Notes: generated by a model not told the origin, from the sequence alone. Counted from the first letter of the stretch, positions 11,253 through 24,547 are shown. The stretch: DNA of 64,000 nucleotides from Blepharisma stoltei ATCC 30299 (GCA_965603825.1 CBFDEM010000052.1:310001-374000); one strand, 5' to 3'. Program-made: numbers and translations.

Positions 11253-12818
11253 TTAACTTCCATCTCCTCTTGACCCAGTTGAGCTGCTTATTCTCGATTT
11301 CGGTTTTTCTACTTCTATCATCCATGGGTGTGATAACGCTTCTTGAGGTGTCATTCTTGTGTCCGGGTTTCAATCCAAGCAGCGCTGAATAAAGCTCAAA
11401 AATTCTGGATCAGTCGACTTCACTCTTTCGTTTAAATTTCGAGTCCCTGGGAAGCGTTTCTTTCCTCTGCTGTTTGGTGCAATTTTTGGAGTGTTATCTT
11501 CTTCAAAAAATAGCGCTTTTCTTGTTGATCTCTCCAGTATCGAGTCTGGAGGGACTCCTTTGACCTCCATAATGCATAGGAGCTGTTCAGCTTCTGACTC
11601 TCCAGGGAATAAAGGGCAGCCTGAGTGCAGTTCTGCGGCGATGCACCCAAGAGACCACATATCGATTGCCATCGTGTAGGGTAGTCCTAATATAATATCA
11701 GGAGCCCTATAAAACCGGCTTTGTATATAAGTATATAGTTTTTCATCTTCGAAGCATGATGATCCGAAGTCTATCACTTTTATGCTTGATTTATTCTGGT
11801 GCTTCAATAAAATGTTTTCTGGCTTCAAATCACAGTGAATAATTCTGTGGGACGCAGCGAATTCTAAACATTGAATGATTTGGAGGCAAAATCTTCTGAC
11901 AAGCGACAAAGAGAACCCTGAGAACTTATTGTTTTTGAGCAGTTCATATAAGTTCATATTGAGGAGCTCAAAGGTAATGCAGATATGCTTGCGAAAAAGA
12001 AAGTAGTCTTGCATTATTACTGAGTGCGAGCATCCACCTTTGTCGTGGATCCTTATATGGTTCAGAACTTTGATTTCAACTCTACCTTGCCGATGGAACC
12101 TTCTCTGATTCCTAATTATTTTTAATGCTACATAGTCTTTTGCTTTATGGTCAAAGCATCTTAGAACTTGTCCAAAAGATCCTTTTCCTAAGACTTGTAA
12201 AATTTCATATCTATAAGCAATTTGGTCTCCAATAATGTGGATGTAGTCAGATCTGTCATCGTCAAAGCCAAGATTATTTCCTGCTGCATTTGGCTTGGTT
12301 TTTTGAGCTTTTAAACCTAAATAATAAACTTCAGGATAATCCAAAATTTCACCCTGCTCATATTTTGACATGAAATTAGCAAAATTCTTTAAGACTTGTG
12401 GAGGTGTCAAAGGAAGCTGCAAACTTGCCATCAAGTCGTCAGGAGTAATCTCTGAGTGGCTTGCAGATTTTTGCCTTACAATTGTGCTTGCCCTTGGACT
12501 TGGTTTTGCAGTGCGCACTTCGTCTCTGCTTAAATTTACATTGCTTCTATTGAAAGAGCCGTTCAACTTAAAAGTAGACACGTTTGGGGAGTTCAATGTA
12601 TTGTTTAAAGACCCTTTATCTGGAAAAAAATGCTCTTGTTTTCTATTTGAAGGAGTTTGCTGTTTCGGGGTTGGCAATTCGCTTTGTATCATAGACTTTG
12701 AAGTTGGGTTCCTTATTTTGGTGCTTATTGGGATTAGATTCTTTCTAATCGTTGATCCAGGTAGCAGGATTTTTTGTTTTGAAACTCTTGTCCGAGGAGA
12801 CTGCATTGAATTATTCAT
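11253..12818 (-). CDS. DYRK-family (class 2-like) dual-specificity kinase
   Basis: DH box FDDDRSDY, GKGSFGQV, HCDLKPEN, activation loop YTYIQSRFYR; TGA 11370-11372 = W in CLDWNPDTRMTP; TAA 11253-11255. Confidence 0.93.
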
Positions 12819-12903
12819 TCTATTTAATATATTGACCTCTTATCCTTTTTAAAAAAATTAACAGATTAGGCTAATTACAGACTGTATTAAATTATATGTG
12901 AAT

Positions 12904-13785
12904 TTATGACAGCTTGGCGGGCGCATTTTGAAATATTCGGACTGGAGAAAAGTATTGCTTCATTATCAAGCTTTCAAGGGATTTCTTGTAGATTTTGGAA
13001 GACAGGCTGGAACCTGAAGGGGAGTTATTTTTGGCCATGTTCTCATTAGATTTATAAGATCGGATTGAAGAAGGCTTAGACATGAGACTATCCCATACGT
13101 CCGGCCTTCTATATAGTTTGAAATCGCCATTTATTTCTTTGGATTTCTCTCTTGGACGGCCTATTTCAGCTGCGTTTAAGTTTCCTCTGATATAAGGCTC
13201 TGACTGATTTCTTGTCATTTGATGCCATGCGGCATCATCTTTCTTGAATTGCTTAGAAAAATTGACAAAAGGTCGATCATCTTTGTGCTCGATCCTGACT
13301 GAACTTATTCCGACGAATTTATCTGCGTCAAATTCGTCATATCCTTTGATTTTATTTTTTTCTATATTTGGTAAAGGTTTTTGCTCGACTATAACCAATC
13401 TAGAATATGAATCATTAGAGCTGCTTGAGCTAGATATTATTGATAATTCTTGCTTGCTTGAATTAGCTTCATCTATTGGATCTGGGCTTTTTGAGTATTG
13501 TTTTATAACCGTGACTCTCTTGTCTACTTTTATAGGGCGGAAGCCCATTTGATCTGGATGATTTAAGGTTATTGATCCATCAATTAAACCTAGTTATGAT
13601 TTACTCTTTGTAAAAGTTGGTTCTAGATTCCTATGAGCTCATTCCATCATTCTCATTTTTGATTGATTACTTAGTCTATCTTGTCTTTTCTTATATTTCG
13701 CTCTATCACTTTTGGCTTTTTCTTTTTGGATTGTCTCTTCTGATTTTTCCTTTTCTAATTTTTCGTGTCAAAAAGCATTAAACAT
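12904..13785 (-). CDS. Hypothetical protein (~288 aa) with one 15-nt intron
   Basis: ATG 13785, two TGA=Trp, intron 13590-13604 removes an in-frame TAA and joins ORF 12904-13548. Confidence 0.7.
13590..13604 (-). other. 15-nt intron GTAAATCATAACTAG
   Basis: GT..AG, A10, contains in-frame TAA between two open segments. Confidence 0.8.
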
Positions 13786-15235
13786 TTTATAATTAATCTT
13801 ATTTTTTGTTTATAATTTTATGTCGCGAATTGAATATTTCAAAGCTTTTGCGTTCCTGGATATTACTATTGTTTTAGCATTAATTGATTTAATTTACAAA
13901 GCTACAAAGCTTACTTAAACAGTTTCATGTTAATTTTTAAGCAAAAAATATATTGGCATGCTTAAAAAAAATTGCATGTTTAACTGTGGTAACTATACAA
14001 TTAATGAATTTGCTTACTTTACAATAACAAAATAGACCTTATAGATTTTTAAAGCATCAGTTATTATTAGTATCGATTATTCAGCAAATGCTAAATATTT
14101 TGCTTTGCAATCCATCAAAGTATTGAACCGTAAATTAAATAATTAATATTAATTATTAGAGCCAATTTCTTGTTTCTAATATGCAAACTATTTAAAAATT
14201 ACATTATTGATGCTTATTTATGATAAATATAAATGATTATTTTTATGATCTTATAATTTTCTTTGAATTTTATATTGTTATTTAATCATGAAAATAGCTA
14301 TTTTGAAGTACATTTTTATTTAGTTAATTAAAAATGAAACCATTTATAAAGTACCTCATCATTCAAATTGGATTTTAAATATGCAAACTAAAATCTTTTT
14401 AATAGATAAACAATAAATTCGAATATGATTACTATTATATTTTCAATTGGAATTCAATAAACTAAAGCCCAACTAATTATTTTTTTACTGAAAAAGCACT
14501 ATTTAACTATAATTTTTTAGGTCATTATAAATTAGGAGATTATACCATATTGTCTTAATAATAAGTAATTAAATCCATTATAGCCATTATGATCATGCAA
14601 TTCTTCGTTCTGGCATTTTCTTATAATTCTTCGATCCTTTCTTCAGCCATTGGTGATTTTTAGATAGACTAAGCAAATCATCATTCATTTTTATTATCTT
14701 TGCAAAGCATTTTAATATATAATCCATTTATAATTAAATGGCAACAAATAATAATAATAAAATAACTTGTAAAATGATGATTGAAAACCATAAAAATGAA
14801 CTTTATTGACCTGACAACTAGGGCTCTGAAAATTCCTTATGGCTATTTATCTTAAGAAATTTGAATTAGCCATCTGACCTTCAGGTTTAAGAAAATTAAA
14901 TAATATATTTTTAAGACTGAGGATCAAAAATTTCTAGAAAGGAATTATTTATAATTGGATAAAAATCTCGATATATCTTTTTCTCAATATCTATTTTCTT
15001 TCACCCGTTTAAACTTATAATTATTAATTACTCAATTACCTTCATTTTTCTAAAAACTATGTGTGGATAATAATTTAAAATCAATAATCGTTAAAAAAGG
15101 CCCAATTCTTACTTCTAATACAATCTTAATAAGCTTCGAGAGACTAATATTTTTAATAGATATTCGATGGAGCCAATATGAAAATCTGTTATCACTATTT
15201 TTAATTGTTATTTTGAAAAATATTAAAGGTTGAAA

Positions 15236-15739
15236 ATGTTTAAAGAAGCTCTTCTAGAATTCCCAAATGCTTCGAAATCTTTGCCCTCGGTGGTTTGCCT
15301 GTCTCTTGCTTACAATTCGAGGCCAAAAATTTCTTTGCAGTGCAAAGACTGCAATTTGGTTTTCAGGTCTCAAAAAGACCTGTGCATGCATAGATACTTT
15401 ACACCTCAAAACGAACACTTAAAACCTCAGCGCAAGTTAAATGCAGATCAGGCTGCGACAAACGATAGCTCTTCGCTTGAGCCATTTTTCTGCGAAGAGT
15501 GCAAAATAGCATTCAAATCGCGAAAAGGAAAAATGCAGCATCTTGGAAAGATCCATAAGACCAAGTATAAACATTCTAGATGCCAGATTTGCAATAAAAA
15601 ATTCAGAAATAAATATGCAGTGAGATTTCATGTCAAACAAGTTCACGAAAAATCGACAAGGGTTAAATGTATGGTGTGCGAAAAAGAATTTTATAACAAA
15701 TATCTGCTCGTTGACCACATGGAAAAGTGCCAGATATAG
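15236..15739 (+). CDS. C2H2 zinc-finger protein (about 4 fingers)
   Basis: CKDC..HR, CEEC...HLGKIH, CQIC...HVKQVH, CMVC...HMEKC; start codon uncertain. Confidence 0.85.
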   Translation: MFKEALLEFPNASKSLPSVVCLSLAYNSRPKISLQCKDCNLVFRSQKDLCMHRYFTPQNEHLKPQRKLNADQAATNDSSSLEPFFCEECKIAFKSRKGKMQHLGKIHKTKYKHSRCQICNKKFRNKYAVRFHVKQVHEKSTRVKCMVCEKEFYNKYLLVDHMEKCQI

Positions 15740-16981
15740 ATAATAATAGAACTATGCTTATAATTAATTTGTTTTCTATCAGCTTTTTCACATAATAATA
15801 ATAAAATATCATTAACAGAAAATGATTTTTATTTGTATAGGTACAGTATTTAAGCTCAAAACTTGAGCATTTAAGAGATGATTTGATAAAAAACCTTTGC
15901 AATAATTTTAATTCGATGGATACGAAATCCGGCTTTGACAGATTTTACTTGACATAAAATTATTATAAATAGGTCTGAAATTAAAAAAAGAGATTTAATG
16001 GATTTATGGAAAAATTAAAAATTTCATATTTTTAACTTGATTAAAACGAGAGTTAAATAATATCGCAGACTATCAGAATGTCTTATCTTTTCCACTCATT
16101 TAATAAGTATTCAATAATAGCTCTCTAAAGATTAATAAATTTATTGAACCTTGGAAGGAAATAATAAAATTAAATATTAAGCATTATTGATGAAAGAGAT
16201 AATATTTAAGAAGTGGAAATTATGTGTATAATTTATTTTGCGAAATAAAGTCTTTATGGTCTTCCAGCTCTTTATGAAATCTTGAATGAAAAATAAGAAG
16301 CTATTTTGAGATTGCTGCATAGCAGTTTTTTTTTCATAATCCCTTTTAGAATGGCACTCTAAATATATATTTATTACATAATTGATTGCTCTATGGTAAT
16401 TTCAGTTAGATAATATCAAATTGATACTTTTTTATTTATTTAATTCTTAAAAATATTAATTATTAATATCGATAATTTGCTATATTTCTTATGTTATAAA
16501 CACTTTTGCTAATAAAGCATATCTTAATTTTTATTTAGGATTATCAAGAAGCTCCCAGTAAGGTCCTAAGTCTTTATCTCTGCATTGATTGAGAGTCACC
16601 TTCTGTCTCATAGCCCATCTCTTCAGATGGTGCCTGGAAATAATATGGGATAGGCGATTGTGCGACGTATCAAGTTACATAGTCAGCGGTGAATCCGAGG
16701 GACCCATCAGTTCTTCTTGGGAAGTGCGACAGGAAAAACTTAATATGCTTCAAAAGAGTTGATATATAGATAAACAATAAGAACTAAAAAACTCACAAAT
16801 TTACGTCTGATATAAGCAGTAAGTCGCTGTAGAATTTCTTTCCCTACTCAGAATTGCAAAGTCCTTTAGTTCAGACCAGTTGCATACTGATCAATGGCGT
16901 CGCAATTTATTTTTAAAGCGCCATTCTTCCAGTTATGAAATTATTATTTTAATAATGAGATTGACTATTTTATTTTTTTAC

Positions 16982-18064
16982 TTAATTTAAAGATCCTCTT
17001 TCTAATCTGTTCTTCAAAATCAAAGCTGTCTCATATGCAGGGTTCCCAGGCTGTATTGTAAAATTTTTACTCTCAATCTGAGCCCACATTTCTTTTACTG
17101 GAGCAAAATAAGGATGATCTGCTGCTTCTTTTGGTAGAATTCTCTCATTTGGATTATACTTTAGCAAATGTGATAGGAAATCAATCGCGAGCGGATGAGC
17201 CAAATGAGAATTTTTACTATTCACAAACTTTTGCCAAGCCTGCTTTTCATGTCTCCCAACCATTGCTTCTAATTGTGGGTCCATTTCAATTTGATATTTA
17301 GCCAAATACCTATACAGCTCATTTGTTCCTAGTACTTTAGCAATTTTTACCAATTGGTCCATATTATCATGCCCATGGAAGAATGGCTCTTTTATAAAGA
17401 TCATTCCTGCAAGCATTGCTCCTAGGCTTCACATATCCAGCGAATAGTCATATAATTGGTCATCTACTAGCAATTCAGGCCCTTTAAAATATCTCGATGC
17501 CACTCTTACATTTAATTCAGTTTTTGGATGATAAAATTCTGCTAGACCCCAATCAATCAGTCTTAATAATCGTTTTTCATGATCAATCATAACGTTGTGA
17601 GGCTTCACATCTCTATGCATAATTCCCATAGAATGGCAGTAATCCAATGCTTTCAATAATTCAAAAATATAGTAGCGAACCTCAAAGTCAGTCAATTGTG
17701 GATAAAGCTGTTTAAAATTAAAATTATTCACATGCTCAAAAATTAGAGAGGGTGTCTTTGAGGCGGGATCTCTAACTATGTCTAGAAGACGCACAATATT
17801 GGGGCCTCCTTGCAGGTTCTGCAAAATTTTAATCTCTCTCTTGATTTTGGCTTTTTTTACTGGCTTGAGAATTTTTATTACCACTTTTTCATCTGTTGCG
17901 GAATTTATTCCGTCAAAAACTTCAGAATACTTTCCATGGCCGATTTTTCGAATAATCTCATAGTCATCTTGACGACCCCATCTAATTATTAGGTTTTCAT
18001 AGTCAGAATGTTCAGGTCCTAACTGAGCATTAATATCTGCATATAGCCTTGGTCTTCTAGCCAT
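16982..18064 (-). CDS. CSNK2A: Casein kinase II catalytic subunit alpha
   Basis: [55 protein letters not shown]; TGA 17429-17431 = W of DMWSLG. Confidence 0.97.
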
Positions 18065-18227
18065 ATTTACTTAGCTTTAATATTTAAAAGAAGAAAGTGA
18101 CCAAGTTTCTGCTTATAAGAAAATTTATGAGAAAAGTTTGGAATTGATTAAAAAGCTTTTTAATATTTATAAATTAATTTAATATGTGAAGCTAAAATTA
18201 TACGATGAATTTTAATTATGAGTAGCT

Positions 18228-18668
18228 TTATTTAATCTCTTGATATTCTGACAGCAGTCCTTGGCCAATGCAAGCAGATATTCCAAATATACACGCTGCA
18301 ATAGTAATAAGGCCGAGAAGAGTGTAGTCTGTGATTATCAAAATTCCTGCTGCAACATATCCTTCAGGGAAATCATTGCTGCAATCTCCATCAATCGCCC
18401 ATATAGTTCCTAATGCAGCCCATGGTATTATAAACAAAGTTCATAAAATAAGTCCAAACTTTTTCGTAAATAGATAAATTAGCAATAATCCCGGTAATGC
18501 ACTGGCTTGGACTATGAGCCATGCTCTTACAGGGTCTTCACAATCATTAGAAGATGATAAAAGGGCATATAAGCATGCTGCAAGACTAACTGTAGCTTGA
18601 CAACATAAAATTCCTAGTCAAAATGTTCCTAAATATGACAATATTGTTGCCAAAGATAGTTTTGTCAT
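18228..18668 (-). CDS. Small multi-TM membrane protein (146 aa)
   Basis: ATG 18668 in frame with ORF 18228-18437 through two TGA=Trp; hydrophobic segments. Confidence 0.7.
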
Positions 18669-19098
18669 AAAATATAATGTTATGCTCTATACTAACGGCT
18701 AATAATTTATGAAATGACTATTGGTTTAAGGTAAATATTATGCTACATCTATATGTAAATTTTCCTTTATTTTTTTAAGAGTAGCATCAATTCTGCTTTC
18801 AGTTTCCATCATTTTTAGAAATTTTATTGTTTTTATTGTACCATAGAAGTAGATTTTTCTAAGAATTTTGATATAAAATAATGCTTATAAAGTGAATTTT
18901 CTTATTTAATTAAGCATGTTTAAAACATAACCATAATTTTCAGAAGAATTTATTGCTTAATTTTATCTAATTATCTTTATATTCTTTTAAGACAATGGCC
19001 ACTCTAAAATAAAATTGCTGAATTTCGTGAAAAAAGATCCTACCATTAAAATTAAATTTAGTTGGTAATTAAGAAAATATTCCTGGTATTTATATATA

Positions 19099-20412
19099 AT
19101 GGATAAGGATTTTATCAAAAATAACTTAGAAGTTTCAAGGTTTAGTTTTAATCCTAAAGAAAGTATCTCCAATAATCAATGCTCACCTGAAGACTTCAAT
19201 TTTTATTTAACTTCACTACCGCTCCCTTACGATTCAGAGTCAGCTCGACACTCTATGAGCGGCTCATTTGAAGGTGATAGTGCACAACCATTTGATTTTA
19301 CACTCAGCAAGCAAAACGAGCGAAAAGAGTCAAAGAAACCTACACTAGATTCTGATACAATGATGCAATATGAAGATCTCGAATACGATAGTAGGCTGCA
19401 GAGAACCGTTAGAGAGTTTGAGGACTGTGAGATGTTTCGCCCTCAAACTCCTCAATCTCAAACCCCTATAAAACAATATGACGACCTTGCCAGAAGCGAA
19501 AAACATTTTGAATTTTTATCGCCTTATGAGCCATCCACCACTTATTCAGAAAAACCAAAGTTTCTTTCTACTGGTTATTCCTTGCAGAGCTTACACATTG
19601 AATCTGCATCAGAAGTGGATGTTCTTTGTATAAACTGCTATGAATGTATACCGGCCGATTCTGTCGATTCACATTCCTCAGTCTGTTTCAAGCCAGTGCT
19701 TGAAGAAACCTCCAACTGCGCGGTCGAAATAAGGGTACGAAAACTATTGAATTCTATAAGGCTCAAAAAACAAGATGCTTATGGAGACGTATTGCTAGTA
19801 CTTATTGACCTAGAAGAATACGCCCAAGCAATTTTAGATGCTTCTATTTGCTCTTATACTCTTCTAGATAAGTTGGATTCTTTAGTCAAAACTTGTATGC
19901 TGATGAGGGATGGACTCTCATGCTCAATATTTGCAAAGCGGCTTATTCATTTAATTGAACTTAAAGGACCATTTGAAAGTGCAATCAAAAGCATATGTGC
20001 TGATAAAATCAAAATTTATGAAGAAGAAATGGCAAGACAGAGGCAAGAGCTAGAAAGGTGAAAACTGAGGTCAGAAATATTACTTGAGCTAGTTGATGCT
20101 TTTAGACCTCAAGGCGTCAATGAAATCAGAAGTGACATGGGATCAGAAACTTTTACTATCAGCTCAGTATATTCTAAAGCTACAGAATACACTGAACAAA
20201 AAGAAGAAAAACAATCCTCACACAGTCTTACTGAGGAAGAACTAGAAAAATATTTTTATTCTATATGCATAAGGAAAAAGATGAGTTTCTCGAAAAATCA
20301 CCCAGCAAGAGATATAATCATATGCCATTTGTATGATAAATGCAAAAGAGAAAACATTCCGGTAGCGTTATGGGATGATTTTATAGATGAAAATTTACAA
20401 AATGCGAAATAA
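19099..20412 (+). CDS. Hypothetical protein (437 aa) with a CxxC...HxxxC zinc-binding-like motif
   Basis: Two ORFs joined via TGA 20059-20061; CINCYEC...HSSVC. Confidence 0.7.
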
Positions 20413-20448
20413 TATAATGTTAATCAAAATTTGTATGCTCCAAGAGAA

Positions 20449-22218
20449 TTAAAGTAGCTTCTTTGGAGAATCTGGAGAAATCCGCGGTGTCGGGGTTAAT
20501 TCAATTTCAAATAAATTCTTAATTCTTGATTCTAAGTTTCTTGTTCGGTATGTAATCAAAAAATTAGGTGGGGGTGTCTTTTTGTGTACTAGCATATTTT
20601 TCTTCGGGGAAATCGCTTCATATGATCTTCCAGCTCGAGGAGTTTTTGGGCTATTTAATAAATAGTAATTGTACTTATTTGAAGAAAACCCAAGGGATTT
20701 ATTTAAAATTGACTTTTCATCACTTGCTGTACCTTTGGTTTCAGTCCTCAATCGTGAAAGACTTGTCAATTTAGGTATTGCTTGGGGTTTTTTAGCCAAG
20801 AAAGAGAGCTTTTTATTGATCGGAGAAAGTTTTGGACGAGGATTATAATCTGGAGTGCTAAACTCGAATGTACTTTTCATCTCCTCAATCTCTTTAAGCT
20901 TAACTTCTCTTTTCAGAAATCTCTGCGAATCATAGTTTTGTTTATCTTTTAAATAATTCCAAGTTTCTTGGTGAGGGAATTTGCTTGTGAAATCTTCTTT
21001 AGATATGTAAATCAATTCTCCTTCTATTGAGCAGCAATGACATGAATGAACCCTATATTCAAGGCCTTCTATGATTTCTTCACCCCCTACCATCTCATTT
21101 TCTGCTTTTATGACAAGCTGCAAATTGGTTTTTTTGTTAATTTTCCTCATATTTCCAAGTTTCAGCATTGTTTGTGTATGAGCTTCAGGGGATAATGGCT
21201 CGTTATAAGCACTTAAGTCAAGAATTCCTAGAGATTTCTTGACTCCTTTTGTAATTTTAAATTCACCTTTTTTTACAAAATATACATTTGCAACTGGATC
21301 TCCTTCGTTGTAAACTGGTTGGTTTCAATTATACTTGGCAGTTTTAAATGACTCACATAGCCGAGCAACAGCTACTTTGCTTCATTTTGAGAAAATAGTA
21401 AGTTTTCTTAATATATCAATTTTCTCATCAAATTGGGTGTCTGTGATTTTTGAGAGAATTTGTCTAAAAGTTTTTTTTGAAAGATAAGCAAGGACTGTTG
21501 GCTTAGTTGCGATCGCTGTCATTGCTCTTGGCTTTGAACTAATAATGCCGAGTTCTCCAAATGCATTTCCAGCATTAAATCTGGATTTTTCTTTTAAATT
21601 TGACATTGTGATCTTTACAGTTTCTAAATTAGGATACTCAATTAGCAATCCAGTAAGAATTGATTGCTCTTCTTCGATTTGGCTTTCAAAACTATGCAAA
21701 ATCAGTTTTTCATTTGACACTTTGCTTGGGCTTCCGGGAACATCGTTTATTGACTTGTGAATGCCTTTATCCAGCACTTGCTCTTTTATTTGGCCTATAT
21801 TAATATTGAATTCTACCTTAGGGTCATCATTGAACTCATCAGGATTAAAATCAATATCTGAATCTGATTTGTCGATTTTTTCAGATAAATCTGTTTTACA
21901 ATTTCTTATGCGAGTTTTTCTTTTCGGAGGTTTTTTATAAGGGTAATAAATCCCTACTTCTCCTCTTAAAATAATGTAAAAGTTATTATTTCTATCTCCC
22001 AGTTTAACAATCGATTCTCCTTCTAAAAAAGTTTTTAATGTAAGTGATTTACAGCAGCTTTTGTGTATGTCGATAGAGTTTGCTATTTCGTTTATTGTTT
22101 GAAAGAAATTTATGTTTGATGTTAATCTCATCAAATGCTCTATATCTGCCTCGCTTCTTAGACGTTGGATTTTTTGTAAGATTTCTATTGCTTTGTTGCA
22201 ATCATATTCGTGATTCAT
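20449..22218 (-). CDS. Cyclic-nucleotide-binding-domain protein (two CNB domains)
   Basis: FYIILRGEV, GNAFGELG..KPRAMTA, VYNEGDPVANVYFVKKGEF; continuous via TGA=Trp. Confidence 0.85.
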
Positions 22219-22336
22219 TATAAAAAGAAAAATTTAAGATAATATCTCCTACAACTAACTATTTGATATGTTTTTTATAAAACAACTATTTTTCAAAATT
22301 TTTCAAATTATTGAACATTTGAATTATAACATCTAT

Positions 22337-24547
22337 CTAAAAATTGAGATATTGCTTAGTATCGAAAAACATCTTGTATAGAGGACTCCGCGACTCAGAA
22401 CAGTCACACTGAATTGTTCGATTCATATTCATATAGGCTATCCTTAATATGTGAATCATGTTTTCAACTCTTGTGCTATAAGCAACATTATTTTGCTGAT
22501 TTAATGGATCAACAACTATAAGCTTGGGGAATTGTTCCTAAATTACTTTTACTGTTGGATATGGATATGGATTTTGTACTGGGTTTTCGGGGTCATAAGA
22601 AAATATTGGGGTAATATACGTAAACTCAACAGAATAAAATTTCAAAATCTGATAAAATATTTCTCCTAAATTTTTTTTTGTGTTAGAATTTCTCTTCAAT
22701 CATTTTTCTTTTTGGGATTGAAAATAACTAGTAACCATCAAAAACAACGAATAACTGCTCAATCCTCCGTTGTAAGGCTCTTTGCATCCACAGAGGTAGA
22801 ATAGATGCTTTAATATCAAGAAAATGGGTTTAATATTTCCATATGCTGCTTGCACCCGATTGACGAATGAGCAACACTGCACGCCTGTGTGTTTTATATC
22901 TTGAACTGTGATGTCCATATTTATGGTTTTTCCTCTTGATTCGCACTTAAGCTTTATTATTGGTACAACTGCTAGAGATATTAATTGAGTGCTCTTTACA
23001 TATGGTTGCCTTTGAAGAACCTGATCCAGAAGTCTCAAAATTTCTTTTTTGTCACCTTCAACGTGTGTCACAACCATATCAATATCACTTGAAGGCAAAT
23101 GCATCTTTGTCACATAGCTTCCATACAATTCTAATTTGGCTCCTTGAAATGTTTTTTCAACAAGAACGCTGATTTTTGTGGAAATATCATTGAAGATGGG
23201 CTCGAGACTTAGCTGCCAGCTTTCTCACTCCTGCATGAAATTCATGATATCATCTTGCAGAAGATTCACTATTTCTGCTTTTGGTGTATGGTGAATATTT
23301 TTTATCCTAAGGAATGCGACCTTCCTTTTATTCTTTTTCCCATTTTTATCTGGTATCTTAGCTTCTTCTTCAAGCTTATCTCTTAGCATTTCATTTTCTT
23401 GATTCATTATCTTTAATGAATGCTTTAAATTCAAGATTTGTTCTTTTGTGCTTTCTAATTCATCTTGTAAAAGAATGACAGAGTTTTCACAATCCTTTTT
23501 GCATTTGTCAGCTTCTTCAATGATCTCATTTTCTTTATCAAATAAAGATTGCTGGAGTTGTTCTTTTTTATTTTTCAATTTTTCAATTTTTCCAGATTTT
23601 TTTTCTAAATCTGCCTGCAGCTTCTTAACTATGTTTTCTAATTCAACATTTTTTACATACAGCTCTTCAATCTTTTTCACATTAATTTCGCTTTTTTCTA
23701 TACTTTCATCATAGCAAAATCTGCATATTTCTGCAGCCCTTGCATTACAATTGCTGCATTGAATTTCTTTATCTTCTGGCATGGATTCATAGCATCCACT
23801 AGATTCTGAATGCGGCTCTTCATTTTCGCTAATATCTGATTTCGTTATAGGTGTCCCCGGATTTGGCGTAAACAATATTTTCAAATTTTCTGCTGCTTCT
23901 TCATATGGAGTTTTCCCATTCAAATTTTTCAAATCCGTCTTTGCATTCCATTTCAGCAGCAGCTCCACACATTGTTCATGGCCAAGTCTCACAGCAAGAT
24001 GTAAAGGGGTATCCTTCTCTTTATTTTGTGCATTAAAAAATGCAGCACTGTCTAATAAAGCCCTCATAGAATTCACATACCCTCTTTCTGCACATTTGTG
24101 TAGAGCAGTGTTTTCATTGTTATCTTTTGAGTCTACTTGTGCTTTGCAATTCAAAAGAAGCTCAACTACGTCGACGTTGTCTCCGTAGTCACTTTCACAA
24201 ACATACATTAGAGGGGTACGGCTTTCGTTGTCTTTGTCATCTACTGGAGCGCCATACCTGATCAGCAAATCTACCAATTGGATTTGTCCCATTTTAGCAG
24301 CGTGCATAAGTAATGATACTCCTGAGTCTTTATAGCTCGGATTTGCAGAGGAATTTAAAAGAGCTTCTACACAATGAAGGTGATCAGATGTGGATTGAGA
24401 CTTGCATACGGCTAAATATAAAGAGTGATTAAGGATATTCTTATCGTTTTTGTGTGGTGCAGAGAGAAGCTCACAAAGTCCTTCGTAATCCCCTTCACTA
24501 GCTGCTCGTGAAAGTGAAGTATTGTGGCTTGTGTCTGGATTATCCAT
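22337..24547 (-). CDS. Ankyrin-repeat + coiled-coil + Trf4/Cid1-type non-canonical poly(A)/poly(U) polymerase (~731 aa)
   Basis: ANK motifs (TPLMY, TALHK, TPLHLAV); NTase YGSYVTKMHLPSSDID...MDIT; GGLSSYSL; PAP-associated LIVVDPLNQQNNVA. Joined by TGA 23225 and 22700 and intron 22538-22552. Confidence 0.85.
22538..22552 (-). other. 15-nt intron GTAAAAGTAATTTAG
   Basis: Removes in-frame TAG and restores the PAP-associated motif. Confidence 0.85.

Noticed and set aside
12370-12852. Antisense and alternate-frame ORFs (e.g. 12370-12852, 35793-36239, 47942-48391, 60020-60400)
   Set aside because: Shadows of well-supported genes on the opposite strand, with no recognisable motifs.
15167-15235. N-terminal extension of the zinc-finger gene from ATG 15167
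   Set aside because: An in-frame TAA intervenes and no 15/16-nt GT..AG intron removes it.
17429-17431. In-frame TGA as selenocysteine or cysteine
   Set aside because: Aligned positions are invariant Trp, not Cys, and the very Cys-rich proteins contain no in-frame TGA.
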